Origin: Nemertoderma westbladi
Lineage: Eukaryota; Animalia; Xenacoelomorpha
DNA: 60,116 nucleotides
Assembly: GCA_032718475.1 (NCBI GenBank)
Contig: JAUCBJ010008849.1
Coordinates: 1-60,116, forward strand
Direction: 5' to 3'
The translations under genes were made by a program, and so were the position numbers. Below the pieces are notes generated by a model. It saw only the letters and a list, made by a program, of their open reading frames with translations. It had not been told where the DNA came from and ran no database searches. Numbering within the stretch: position 1 is the stretch's first letter; every line of letters begins with the position of its first letter. Below, in pieces: positions 1 through 13,249 of the stretch.

Positions 1-20
1 CACCTTAAGACCAAAGACCC

Positions 21-1083
21 TACAAAAGTAAGACCCCCCCCCCTTCCCCGCCCTGGTACAAAAGTTAATCCCCATGGTACAAAAGTAAGACCCACCCCAG
101 GTACAAACGTAAGACTCCCCCCCCCCCCCCCAAGGTAGAAAAGTAAACCCCCCTGGTACAAACGTAAGGCCCCCCTGGTACAAACGTAAGGCCCCCTGGT
201 ACAAAAGTAAATCCCCCTGGTACAAAAGTAAGACCCACCCCAGGTACAAAAGTAAGACCCCCCAGGTACAAACGTAAGACCCCCCCCCAAGGTACAAAAG
301 TAAACCCCCCTGGTACAAACGTAAGCCCCCCCAGGTACAAACGTAAGACCCACGTGGCCCAGGTACAAACGTAAGACCCCCAGGTACAAACGTAAGACGC
401 CCCCCCCCCCCCAAGGTACAAAAGTAAGACCCCCCCTTCGCCGCCCTGGAGTAAATCCCCCTGGTACAAAAGTAAGACCCCCTGGTACAAACGTAAGGCC
501 CCCAGGTACAAACGTAAGACCCACCTCAGGTACAAAAGTAAGACCCCCCCAGGTGCAAACGTAAGACCCCCCCCCCCCCCCCAAGGTACAAAAGTAAGAC
601 CCCCTGGTACAAACGTAAGACCCCCAGGTACAAACGTAAGACCCACCCCAGGTACAAAAGTACGGCCTCCCAGGTACAAAGGCATGACCGCTCCAGGTAC
701 AAAAGTAAGCCCCCCCCCCAAGTACAAAAGTAAGACCCCATTGGTACAAAGGTAAGACTCCCCTGGAACAAAAGTAAGACCTCCAGGTACAAAAGTAAGA
801 CCTCCCCCCCTTAGGTACAAAATTTGTGTAAGACCCCCAGGTACAAAAGTAAGTCCAAGTATGACCCCTCCAGGTACAAACAGTAAGACCCCACCAAGTA
901 CAAAAGTAAGACCCCCCTGGTACAAAAGTAAGACCACCTAGTACAAAAGTAAGACCACCTAGTACAAAAGTAAGACCCCCCCCCCCCCAGGGAAGAAAAG
1001 TAAGACCACACCCCCTCCCCCCCCAGGTACAAAAGTAAGACCACACCCCTCCCCCCCAGGTACAAAAGTAAGACCACAAGGTA
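21..1083. repeat. Minisatellite, ~21-30 bp unit (CCAGGTACAAA[A/C]GTAAGACCC plus variable C-run)
   Basis: Unit repeated dozens of times; the ORFs here are repetitive translations of it. Confidence 0.95.
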
Positions 1084-1201
1084 GAACTTGAGTGATAGTT
1101 GCATGACACTGAATTACAACACTATATTCCGGGGGACCTGGTGCAATAAATATTAACGTGACTAAATTAAATTACAATTTTCTAATACAAGAATGATTCT
1201 A

Positions 1202-2126
1202 TTTAACCAATGTCAGACGTTTTAAATTAACATTAAAAATCGATGTTAAATTTCAACGTTTGTTTAATATTGGGTTTAGTGATTTATGTTCATGATTAAA
1301 TTTAACCAATGTCTGACGTTTCATAATAACGTTAAAAATCTATGTTAAAATTCAACGTTTGTTTAACGTTTGGGTTTAGTGATTTTTGTACATGATTAAA
1401 TTTAACCAATGTTAGACGTTTCAAAATAACGTTAAAAATTGATGTTAAAATTCAACGTCTGTTTAACGTTTGTGTTTAGTCATTTTTGTTCATGATTAAA
1501 TTTAACCAATGTCAGATGTTTCAAAATAACGTTAAAAATTGATGTTAAAATTCAACGTCTGTTTAACGTTTGTGTTTAGTCACTTTTGTTCATGATTTAA
1601 TTTAACCAATGTCAGACGTTTCAAAATAACGTTAAAAATTGATGTTAAAATTCAACGTCTGTTTAACGTTTGGGTTTAGTGATTTTTGTACATGATTAAA
1701 TTTAACCAATGTCAGACGTTTCAAAATAACGTTAAAAATTGATGTTAAAATTCAACGTCTGTTTAACGTTTGTGTTTAGTCATTTTTGTTCATGATTAAA
1801 TTTAACCAATGTCAGACGTTTCAAAATAACGTTAAAAATTGATGTTAAAATTCAACGTCTGTTTAACGTTTGTGTTTAGTCACTTTTGTTCATGATTTAA
1901 TTTAACCAATGTCAGACGTTTCAAAATAACGTTAAAAATTGATGTTAAAATTGAACGTCAGTTTAACATTTGGGTTTAGTTGATTTTAGACATGTAGTTT
2001 TTAAACGATTATAAGACGTTAGAAAACGTTTGTTCTAAGTTATTTTTATAACTTTATTTTTCTAACCTAAAACAGACTAAAGTCTAACGTTAGATTAGCG
2101 TAATTAACGTAAAATGTTTGCAGGGT
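1202..2126. repeat. 100-bp tandem repeat (~8 copies), possibly internal to a non-autonomous DNA transposon
   Basis: TTTAACCAATG at 1202,1301,1401...1901; AACGTT-rich; ends in AAAATGTTTGCAGGGT (2111-2126), which resembles a MITE terminus. Partner terminus not seen. Confidence 0.8.
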
Positions 2127-4067
2127 GCTGCTAAACACAAAAACTGCTTCTCACCGCTGGATGGCGCTAACCTGGCAGTCCGCTAATATATTTTACTAAT
2201 TTTGTACAGCTCCTGCAAATCGCTTGTTCCTTTCTCTACCGATCGCTCGATAGAGAGCTAACTGTTCGAATATATGAGCCACGCGGGAATAACCAAAACA
2301 ATAAACCCGAATCGGCTCCCTAAGCTACTTAAAACGAGTGCGGGTGACCTAGCACTCAGAGTTCACTTATCGCAAAATACTGGAATTCACTGGTAGAACA
2401 CATTGAATGTGAGAATGTTTTAATATTAAGGGGGATAGATCTGTTACTTTCCTAGGTGCTGAAAACTTGGCCTTTGGCTGGTTTTAGACCAGCAAACTTA
2501 CTACTGCCGTACTGTATACTGGACACTGCTGTCAGCCCGTTGCCCCGCTATTTTCAAATAACCGCCTAGCGTGAATAGTCTACAGTATTCTAAAACAATT
2601 ACTTAAAATACTCTCCGCTATGCTGCGGACAAATTCTTATTTTATTTTATCGCTAAATTAATTACAGTCATAAATACAAATTTGCGTACTAATTACTAGA
2701 TATTCCAGAATACGTACTTCTAATTTATTACGTACTGGGGCTTATACTAGCAACAGTCTAAATACGGTATTATTTTGACCTAATTAGCAACTAATAAGCA
2801 TAAACTAAGAAATGGAAATCAATCAAAGGGAAAGGCGCCTATCTAAGCATTCACATTTAAGAATCAGGCACTCTTTAGCAACACAACACAAATAGCGTAG
2901 CACTAAGTTAGTAGTAAGGCAGATAGCGCTAACTACACCAGTGCACTAAATACCCATACATTAGTACATCAGTATACCAGTATTAGTCATCCAATCAGTC
3001 AGTCAGTCAGTCAGTGTAAGAACCACAGGTCACCCAAAGCCTCACATGGGACTCCTAACTAAACCCAAATTCTGCCCCCCTAAAACTAATGTCTAGTAGA
3101 GACGGAAATCTGGATCGTCAGCCCCCTAATACTGTAACAGCGGCTGGTCCCCGGTCCTCAACTGACTAGCCCCGACCGCAACGGTGGCCCCCCGCCAGCG
3201 TCGCCCCGCTTTGGATCCTCTGCACTCCCTTCGTCGCTAACCCCCCGATGCGCCCGCCGCACCTACCGGTACCTCAGCCCTCCATCTAATGAGTAGCTAC
3301 CGTAGCGGCGCATGCAATCACAAACAGTCTGACAGTCTAAGAAAATCCCGTGGGATTATTGCTTCGAAAGGAATTACATATAACCATTAACTAAAGGGTA
3401 GAAATCATAGTTCCAATTGTAATTAACAGTAATCATTGGGATTGATTGAGAAACACACCAAGAAATCGGTCGAATTTACAAATTAACGAATCATTGCAAG
3501 AAATAATTGCGAAAAGCAGAAAATACGCAAAATTACAGAATAATAAAGATTACGGTTGAATTAGTCAAGCATTAATTACGATTACTGTGCACATACCGGA
3601 AATACAGCCAATTTTTAGGTGATTCATGGAGGATGACGCAATCGTTCTCCCATTGGCTCCCCAATCCGCACCACCATTAGACCAACCTGGAAGCAGCTAG
3701 GCCAATAAGGAGGCCGGATTGTGAACCTATCGCTCCCGAAATCACAAATTATTACCATATATGGTAATTTTGGCGATGCTTAATTTAGCGGTACTAATAA
3801 TATGATACATAAAAATTAATTTAGCGCAATTATAGAGAAAATTAAGACCAATATACAGCTAGCCCTATTGAGGCTAATAACAGCAAGCTCATATCCAGGG
3901 TCCAACAGGAAACTGGCTACCCTGGAACTATCTACCCTGTACTTATATCCAATTACAAAATTACTTAGGTAGGGCTACATACTATACAAAATGGATAAAG
4001 TCGAATATATGGGCGTTTTATTTTCCTTATCTAAATATCGTTGCGCGTCATTGTGGCTTATCTAAAT

Positions 4068-4222
4068 AATTATACTGTATAACGGCTAATATAATGTACT
4101 GTATAACGCTAATATTTATACTGTATAACGCTAATATTTATACTGTATAACGCTAATATTTATACTGCATAATACGGCTAATAATTATACTGTATAACGC
4201 TAATATTTATACTGTATAATAC
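4068..4222. repeat. 22-bp minisatellite (TATTTATACTGTATAACGCTAA)
   Basis: About 7 tandem copies. Confidence 0.9.
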
Positions 4223-4224
4223 GG

Positions 4225-4640
4225 CTACAGCGCCATATATCGTAACAGATGGCGTCGAACACCTTTCGTCGAAAAGTCGTGGGCATCTGTGGAGATGTCA
4301 AAGATGAGGGTTTCTCCTGACTGGGAGAAGGGGACCTCTACATGTTGCAACCCACTTGTGTGGCTCACTGTGGCGGTTGCCTCATTTTCAGTCTGTTGGG
4401 CGACAGCCATGGCGTGGCAGTCAATCCCTAGATGGTTGGAGAGGAAAACGTGGCCAACAAACGAGCAGGACAGGGTGTCCGCAACCTGGTTGTCCTTTCC
4501 TGCGATGTGGCGAATATCTGTAGTAAATTCTGAGATACTAGCCAAGTGTCGCTGCTAACGGGGGGACCACGGGTCTGAAGACTTCGTGAATGCAAAGGTT
4601 AAAGGTTTGTGATCCGTATAAGCTACAAAAGCCCGTCCCT
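4225..4640 (-). pseudogene. Ty3/Gypsy pol fragment (RNase H C-terminal part)
   Basis: YTDHKPLTFAF...*QRHLASISEF..IRHIAGKDNQVADTLS motifs with an in-frame stop. Confidence 0.85.
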
Positions 4641-4795
4641 TGTAGTCAGGTGGCTTAGGGGAAAAATCACGACAAAGTTGAGGAAAGCACCATTTTTTCA
4701 CTATATGTAAAATTTTACGTAGAATCCATTTCGAATGGTATCCAAGGCTGTAGTTGAGTGGATGACATTGATATCGATGGGTTGAGTGAACTTAA

Positions 4796-7474
4796 CCCGG
4801 GAACGTCGAAGGGATCCAATCGACTATAGATTTAACAACGGACGACACATTTATAGATACCGATATTCTGGTGTTAACCGAAACGCTGGACCCGGATGTC
4901 GACATTCCGGGTTATAAATGTTATAATGTTCCCTGCGAGAAAGGTGACCTGGGTCGCCCATATGGTGGTTTAACGATCGCAATAAATGGGAGAATTTCAA
5001 TAGTACATAAAGAAATGATCACCTCTAGATCCGTCCTTGCAGTGCGTGTTGGAGACATAATTATCATGGCATGTTATTTCAATCCGAAGACGGATAACTC
5101 CGATATGCTACTAGAACTGGCATCGGCGCTAAATATGACGCGCTCCAAATGCAGCCTGCCCATTATATTAATGGGGGATTTCAACTCTCGCATTGATGGA
5201 CCTGAGGCAGTACGCGGAGATTCTCTGTGCTGTGGTCTGATGGGCGCCGGTCTGCAGTGCCTAAATGACCCTGACATACAGACTTATTATTCCTGGAATG
5301 GACACAGTACAATAGATCTCGTATTTGTTGAAAACGAGCTTTCCGATGATATCACTCTTAAGGTTAAACCAACCATTACAACGAAACACCAACGGGTCTG
5401 CCTAGATATCCCACGAGGAAACTCATTGAAACGGCAGCAAAGAACATCGGCTGTGAAATCACTAGACATTGAAAAGCTGGGAGAATTACTGAACCCAGAC
5501 GAATTCGAGTCAGCTCTCAGGGAGGGTGTTGACACCGCCTGTACATATATAACGTCGACCATCACGAACTCTGCAACTGCACGGAAACCGAGGAAATCGA
5601 AATCCTGGTTTGATAAACAGTGCCACATGGCACGGAAACAATTAATGTCGTGCCTTCATGCGATGCAGGTAAACCCATCGACCGAACTCCGGACGAAATA
5701 CAACGATCAAAGACGAGAATACAAACTCCTGTTAAATAATAAAAGGAAGCTATTCAAAACTCGCAAGGAACACGAGCTAATCGACACCTGCGAATCAGAT
5801 AAATCAGCGTTCTGGAATATTCTAAAGGGCGGAGCTCAAACAAAACCAACCGCTCACCAAGTTGCGGAGGAGTCTTGGGTAATGCACTTTACGAATCTGC
5901 TAACAGCGAAACGCGAACCAAACTTCCCTGATATCCCCGACAATCCCGATGGTATACTCGACGCACCTATAGATGCAAACGAAGTTACTGAAGCCGTAAA
6001 AAACCAGAAGCGAAACAAGGCGGCTGGTCCCGACGGGATCACTAACGAATCCCTCAAGTGGGGATTGGCGCACCTTCTCCCATACCTACTTGCCCTGTTC
6101 TCGCTGTGTTTCTCAACCGCCAGCTGCCCAGTTCAGTGGCTTATCTCGTACTTGATTCCTCTTTACAAGGGCAAGGGAGCGAAGTCCGACCCTAACTGTT
6201 ATCGGGGTATCGCACTCCTTTCCTGTTTACTTAAAACTTACACCGCAATCATTAGCTCGAGACTATACAAGTGGGCGGAAGCTAATTACATTCTACCCGA
6301 TCAACAATACGGTTTCCGGAAGGCCCGCTCCACAATAATGGCCGTTAAATCTTTGTATAGCCGTATCAACATGGCAATAGCGCCTTCTGGCGGCCATCTA
6401 TACTGTATATTTGTCGACTTTACAAAGGCGTTCGACTCGGTAAATAGAGAGACTCTCTGCAAGAAGTTATCAGCCTGTGGTGTCAGCAGCAAGTTCATAC
6501 GTGTTATTTGGGCGCTAATTGCGATTAACTTTGTATGTCTCTGTATTGGACCGTACGTTCTGGAACCAATCAGCCAAACTGTAGGGGTAGTCCAAGGAGA
6601 TAAACTCTCCCCCTTATTGTTCAGCCTTCTAGTCGCCGACTTACCAGCAGCAATTATGGCAGTTGCCTGCTGGGTAATCATGTACGCTGATGACCTCGTA
6701 ATTGCCGGTGACTCGATAGATACAGTCCAGGATGGTTTGGATAAATTATCTGACTATTGCTCCCGCAACGACCTACAAGTCAATATACTGAAAACAAAAG
6801 CAGTGAAATTCCGAAACGGCGGTCGACTCTGCCGCAATGACATATTGACGTATAACGGTACTCCAATAGAATTCCAACCCACCTTCGAATATCTAGGGGT
6901 CGTCCTATCAACGAAAAATGGCCCCGGTGGCCACCACGCCCATTTATATAGTAAAGGTATTGCCTGCTGTATGCGCCTCGCTACCAAAGTTAAATTAAAT
7001 GTTGTATCCATGACGACCGCAAAACGATTATGGCTTGCCATCATTTACCCTTCTATATCCTACGGATGCAGCGTTTTCACTTCGGAAAATAATATTGCAC
7101 AGCTGGACCACATCCATAGAATTCGGGCTTTCTATTGGAAACTCTGGTTCGGTATTAGCAAATTCGCCTCGTCAACCGCAATCTTGTCGGTCGTAGACGA
7201 CCCCGAAACGTCTGAAATAGACCCAGCTAATCTAACTGGCTATCGGCGCCGCACCGCTGGTCAGCTCATCGCAAACGGTTTTCACCACAAACTCTGTGCG
7301 ACCCCCAGCTGCTGGCGTCCAGCTGAACAGTGCCACTGTCGCTTATGCGGGGCCACAGCGGACAGTGCGGTACACTATAGAGCGTGCGCCGGCGTCCCTC
7401 CAGCTATATCAGCGTTACGTACGGCAATGTTCCTTGCAGACCTGCCCACCGACCCCTCCCCCTCTAATGATTAA
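4796..7474 (+). mobile_element. Non-LTR retrotransposon (LINE) ORF2: APE endonuclease + reverse transcriptase + C-terminal Cys/His motif
   Basis: Frame open from 4796. APE motifs NVEG, LTET, MGDFNS, TIDLVF. RT motifs YRGIALL, QYGFR, FVDFTKAFDSV, GVVQGDKLSPLLF, YADD. Confidence 0.95.
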
Positions 7475-7489
7475 CATGAACTCTTTTTA

Positions 7490-8474
7490 TTAAATAATTT
7501 TATTAATTTATTGCAGCGATATATTAATTGATTTTAAATCTTTACTCCATATGTTGGAATTAATACAATTAAATGTCAATTTGCATATTTTCCAAAATTT
7601 GGTGCTGGCACAACAATTTTCACCCACCGGCGAAAAATACAAGTTTGAGAACTCTTATGAAATTTTTACTGATTCCATTGAATTCAGAACCATCACAAAC
7701 CCGTATAACGCAAGAAACAAGGTGACGCAATCAATTGATATATTTGATGGTTTTCAAAATTTGGTGCTAGCACCACATTTTGCACCCACATCTGAACAAT
7801 ACAAGTTTGAGATGTCTAGTTCGATATTTATATTTTCCATTGAATTCAGAACAGCCATAAACCTCTAAAACGCAAGAAATAAATTGTCACAAGCAATTTT
7901 ATCTATTGAATGGATTTTCAAAATTTCGTGCTAGCACCAAAATTTGCACACAGCACCGAAAAATACAAGTTTGATACGCTTGGTGCAACTCGTATATATT
8001 TCATCGAATCCAAAACCCCAAAAAACCCCAATTGCGTAAAAAACAAGTTTCAAACAATCAATTTACAAAATTGACTTATTTCAAAATTTGGTGCTGGCAC
8101 CAAAATTTGGCACCCATCGAAAAAAACAAGTTTGAAATCTCTAAGTCAATTTACATGAATTCCATCCAATTTCTAACACCAAAAAACCGGTGTATATCAA
8201 AAATAGAGATGTTACAATTCATATTTAATGAAATGTAATTTTCAAAAAACGTCTCAAAAAAAGTGCCAAAAGTAGGGTTAAAAAATGGTGCTATAACTCG
8301 AAAAGTACCCAATATTTTTGAAAACGGTTTTCACTACCATGAAGACAATAGATTTTTAGGAAAAGTCATACAATTTCAGATAACCAACTGCGTTTGTTTC
8401 AGAATTATAATAAAAAAACCACGGGAGGGTCATATTGACCCCCCCCCCCCCCCCCCCGGGTTTAATAGGGTTAA
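7490..8474. mobile_element. piggyBac-like non-autonomous element (right end) with ~163-bp internal repeats
   Basis: Ends AATAGGG-TTAA at 8464-8474; AAAATTT[G/C]GTGCT repeats at ~7594, 7756, 7920, 8083; left end unclear. Confidence 0.55.
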
Positions 8475-8477
8475 TGT

Positions 8478-9270
8478 ATCTAATATATATAAATCTGCTC
8501 AGTTTAATGTATGTGTGTATGTATGTCCATCGATACACGACGTCAGATTTCGCTCTCATTCCTTGCTTTGTGGCTCATTCGATGCGTATTAACACGATGC
8601 AGACAGCTGTCACTGTCTCCGAGTGTTATTTTACACGTTTGTTTGCGTGAATACGTATTTGTGTTCGTTCGGGCGACATTTATGGAATTAGTGGATTCGC
8701 CGTGGCCCATTCTCACAACGTTTTTATTTTATTCGAGTGTTCATTATAAATAAATATGTATGATTATTTATTGATTAAAAATCAAATAGTGTATAAATAT
8801 GTCATATTCGCCACGCAGGATAGAATTTGCCTATGATGTGAACAGGGAAGGATTTTTATCAGTATCATAGCAAGGTTAAGGTAAGGTAATTTATTGAACT
8901 CGTACTGTAGTTAGCTGGGCACAGATAAGTAGCAAGCAGGCTGTAGTGTTGATTGGGGTGGGTTGTCTGTTGGGAACTGTCCAAGACTAATTATGCTTTC
9001 TCAATCAATGGCTGCATGGAAGGAGAGGTTTATAAAATTTTAGCTTTATTATTGTTTTACTGTAGTAAAGTGATTATTTCTGTAGGCCTACTTTGCTGTT
9101 ATTATTATTTCATCTAATCAAATATACCGGTATATAAAAATCAATTGTCTTGTGTGTCTGTTTGTCATCGGCTATACAATCGAACCCATCTCGATGAAAT
9201 CTTTTTTTTTATAGCTCGTTAGAAAGGTCTCGCCCTAACTCGTTGCAACGTACTGTAATATTCAGAGCCG
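8478..9270 (+). mobile_element. Possible Helitron-like 5' termini leading into the satellite
   Basis: A|TCTAATATATATAAA followed by (TGTA/TGTG)n at 8478; similar TC...TATATAAAAA...TGTCTGTTTGT at ~9113. Pattern resemblance only. Confidence 0.35.
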
Positions 9271-9279
9271 TCTGAAATT

Positions 9280-12200
9280 CCACCATCTGCCGCTAGAGGG
9301 TGAATTGTCTTAAGTGAAAATCTTCTCTAACTTTGTTATTTACAATCCGTTTAAGATGAAACTTTGCAGGTGTCTAATTTAGTAAAGTCTGCATTTTTAC
9401 TGAGACGCAGATAAATCCGCCGCTAGAGGGCGATATCTCTGAAAGTGACCACCTTCTGCAACTTTGTTATTTACAATCGGTTTAGACTGAAACTTGGTAT
9501 GAATCTACTACAGCATAGCCTGACTTTACGGAGTCGCGGAGTCGTCTACAGTTCCCCAGTCTACCGCTAGAGGGCGAAATGTTAGAAAGTTATCATCTTC
9601 TCCAATTTTGTTATTTACAATCCGTTTAGACTGAAACTTGGTAATGGTAGGCATATATTACAACATAGGCTATATCTTTACGCAGTCTTAGAGTCGTCTA
9701 CAGTTCACCCGTCTGCTGCTAGAGGGCAAATTGTCTGATATTGAAAACCTGATCTCATTTGGTTGTTTTTAATCCTTTTCAGCTGAAACTTGGTAGGTAT
9801 CTACTACAGCATAGGCTCAATCTTTACGGAGTCGCTGAGTCGTCTATAGTTCCCAGTCTTCAGCTAGAGGGCGAACTATCTGAAAGTGAACATCTACTCC
9901 AACTTTGCTATTTACTATCCATTTAGACTGAAACTTGGTAGGCATCTATTACTGCATAGGCTATATCTTTACGGAGTCTTAGAGTCGTCTAAATATCCCC
10001 CGTCTGCCGCTAGAGGGCGAATTGTCTGGTAGTGAAAATCTGATCTCATTTGGTTGTTTTTAATCCTTTTCAGCTGAAACTTGGTAGGTATCTACTACAG
10101 CATAGGCTCAATCTTTACGGAGTCGCTGAGTCATCTATAGTTCCCAGTCTTCAGCTAGAGGGCGAAATATCTGAAAGTGAACATCTACTCCAACTTTGCT
10201 ATTTACTATCCATTTAGACTGAAACTTGGTAGGCATATATTACAGCATAGGCTATATCTTTACGGAGTCTTAGAGTCGTCTACAGATCCCCCGTCTGCCG
10301 CTAGAGGGCAAATTGTCTGATATTGAAAACCTGATCTCATTTGGTTGTTTTTAATCCTTTTCAGCTGAAACTTGGTAGGTATCTACTACAGCATAGGCTC
10401 AATCTTTACGGAGTCGCTGAGTCGTCTATAGTTCCCAGTCTTCAGCTAGAGGGCGAAATATCTGAAAGTGAACATCTACACCAACTTTGCTATTTACTAT
10501 CCATTTAGACTGAAACTTGGTAGGCATCTATTACAGCATAGGCTATATCTTTACGGAGTCTTAGAGTCGTCTAAAGATCCCCCGTCTGCCGCTAGAGGGC
10601 GAATTGTCTGGTAGTGAAAATCTGATCTCATTTGGTTGTTTTTTATACTTTTCAGCTGAAACTTGGTAGGTATCTACTACAGCATAGGCTCAATCTTTAC
10701 GGAGTCGCTGAGTCGTCTATAGTTCCCAGTCTTCAGCTAGAGGGCGAAATATCTGAAAGTGAACATCTACTCCAACTTTGCTATTTACTATCCATTTAGA
10801 CTGAAACTTGGTAGGCATCTATTACAGCATAGGCTATATCTTTACGGAGTCTTAGAGTCGTCTACAGATCCCCCGTCTGCCACTAGAGGGCAAATTGTCT
10901 GATATTGAAAACCTGATCTCATTTGGTTGTTTTTAATCCTTTTCAGCTGAAACTTGGTAGGTATCTACTACAGCATAGGCTCAATCTTTACGGAGTCGCT
11001 GAGTCGTCTATAGTTCCCAGTCTTCAGCTAGAGGGCGAAATATCTGAAAGTGAACATCTACACCAACTTTGCTATTTACTATCCATTTAGACTGAAACTT
11101 GGTAGGCATCTATTACAGCATAGGCTATATCTTTACGGAGTCTTAGAGTCGTCTAAAGATCCCCCGTCTGCCGCTAGAGGGCGAATTGTCTGGTAGTGAA
11201 AATCTGATCTCATTTGGTTGTTTTTTATACTTTTCAGCTGAAACTTGGTAGGTATCTACTACAGCATAGGCTCAATCTTTACGGAGTCGCTGAGTCGTCT
11301 ATAGTTCCCAGTCTTCAGCTAGAGGGCGAAATATCTGAAAGTGAACATCTACTCCAACTTTGCTATTTACTATCCATTTAGACTGAAACTTGGTAGGCAT
11401 CTATTACAGCATAGGCTATATCTTTACGGAGTCTTAGAGTCGTCTACAGATCCCCCGTCTGCCACTAGAGGGCAAATTGTCTGATATTGAAAACCTGATC
11501 TCATTTGGTTGTTTTTAATCCTTTTCAGCTGAAACTTGGTAGGTATCTACTACAGCATAGGCTCAATCTTTACGGAGTCGCTGAGTCGTCTATAGTTCCC
11601 AGTCTTCAGCTAGAGGGCGAAATATCTGAAAGTGAACATCTACACCAACTTTGCTATTTACTATCCATTTAGACTGAAACTTGGTAGGCATCTATTACAG
11701 CATAGGCTATATCTTTACGGAGTCTTAGAGTCGTCTACAGATCCCCCGTCTGCCGCTAGAGGGCGAATTGTCTGGTAGTGAAAATCTGATCTCATTTGGT
11801 TGTTTTTAATCCCTTTCAGCTGAAACTTGGTAGGTATCTACTACAGCATAGGCTCAATCTTTACGGAGTCGCTGAGTCGTCTATAGTTCCCAGTCTTCAG
11901 CTAGAGGGCGAAATATCTGAAAGTGAACATCTACACCAACTTTGCTATTTACTATCCATTTAGACTGAAACTTGGTAGGCATCTATTACAGCATAGGCTA
12001 TATCTTTACGGAGTCTTAGAGTCGTCTACAGATCCCCCGTCTGCCGCTAGAGGGCAAATTGTCTGATATTGAAAACCTGATCTCATTTGGTTGTTTTTAA
12101 TCCTTTTCAGCTGAAACTTGGTAGGTATCTACTACAGCATAGGCTCAATCTTTACGGAGTCGCTGAGTCGTCTATAGTTCCCAGTCTTCAGCTAGAGGGC

Positions 12201-13160
12201 GAAATATCTGAAAGTGAACATCTACACCAACTTTGCTATTTACTATCCATTTAGACTGAAACTTGGTAGGCATCTATTACAGCATAGGCTATATCTTTAC
12301 GGAGTCTTAGAGTCGTCTACAGATCCCCCGTCTGCCGCTAGAGGGCGAATTGTCTGGTAGTGAAAATCTGATCTCATTTGGTTGTTTTTAATCCCTTTCA
12401 GCTGAAACTTGGTAGGTATCTACTACAGCATAGGCTCAATCTTTACGGAGTCGCTGAGTCGTCTATAGTTCCCAGTCTTCAGCTAGAGGGCGAAATATCT
12501 GAAAGTGAACATCTACACCAACTTTGCTATTTACTATCCATTTAGACTGAAACTTGGTAGGCATATATTACAGCATAGGCTATATCTTTACGGAGTCTTA
12601 GAGTCGTCTACAGATCCCCCGTCTGCCGCTAGAGGGCAAATTGTCTGATATTGAAAACCTGATCTCATTTGGTTGTTTTTAATCCTTTTCAGCTGAAACT
12701 TGGTAGGTATCTACTACAGCATAGGCTCAATCTTTACGGAGTCGCTGAGTCGTCTATAGTTTCCAGTCTTCAGCTAGAGGGCGAAATATCTGAAAGTGAA
12801 CATCTACACCAACTTTGCTATTTACTATCCATTTAGACTGAAACTTGGTAGGTATCTCCTACAGCATAGGCTCAATCTTTACGGAGTCGCTGAGTCGTCT
12901 ATAATTTCCAGTCTTCAGCTAGAGGGCGAAATTGCTGAAAGTGAACATTTTCTCGAAATATTGTTATTTACAATCTGTAAGCTGAAACTTGACGGGCATC
13001 TGACTTTACTTCACCATAAACTCCATCTTTACAGAACTGCATCACCATCTGCATTTCACCAGTCGCAGTCTGCAGGTAGAGGGTAAAATGTCCGAAAGTG
13101 ATCATTTTCTCGAAATTGGGTTATTTACAATAAGCTGAAGCTAAAGTTGAAACTTGACAG
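9280..13160. repeat. Satellite array: 145/146-bp monomers, ~291-bp dimer, ~582-bp tetramer higher-order repeat
   Basis: CTGAAAC at 9783, 9928, 10074; dimer start at 9781, 10072, 10363; B-monomer variants alternate strictly; degenerate monomers at both edges. Confidence 0.95.
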
Positions 13161-13249
13161 TTATCTCCTATATGGGGCGGTGTTTTATTTTATGATGGTG
13201 TCTGTTTCCCTGTAGTTCTCCAATCTGCGACACAATTCTCCACACATAT

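Noticed and set aside
65-1104. 290/88/97-aa ORFs
   Set aside because: Translations of a minisatellite
9280-13160. CRISPR-like regular array
   Set aside because: No unique spacers and no cas genes; eukaryotic satellite
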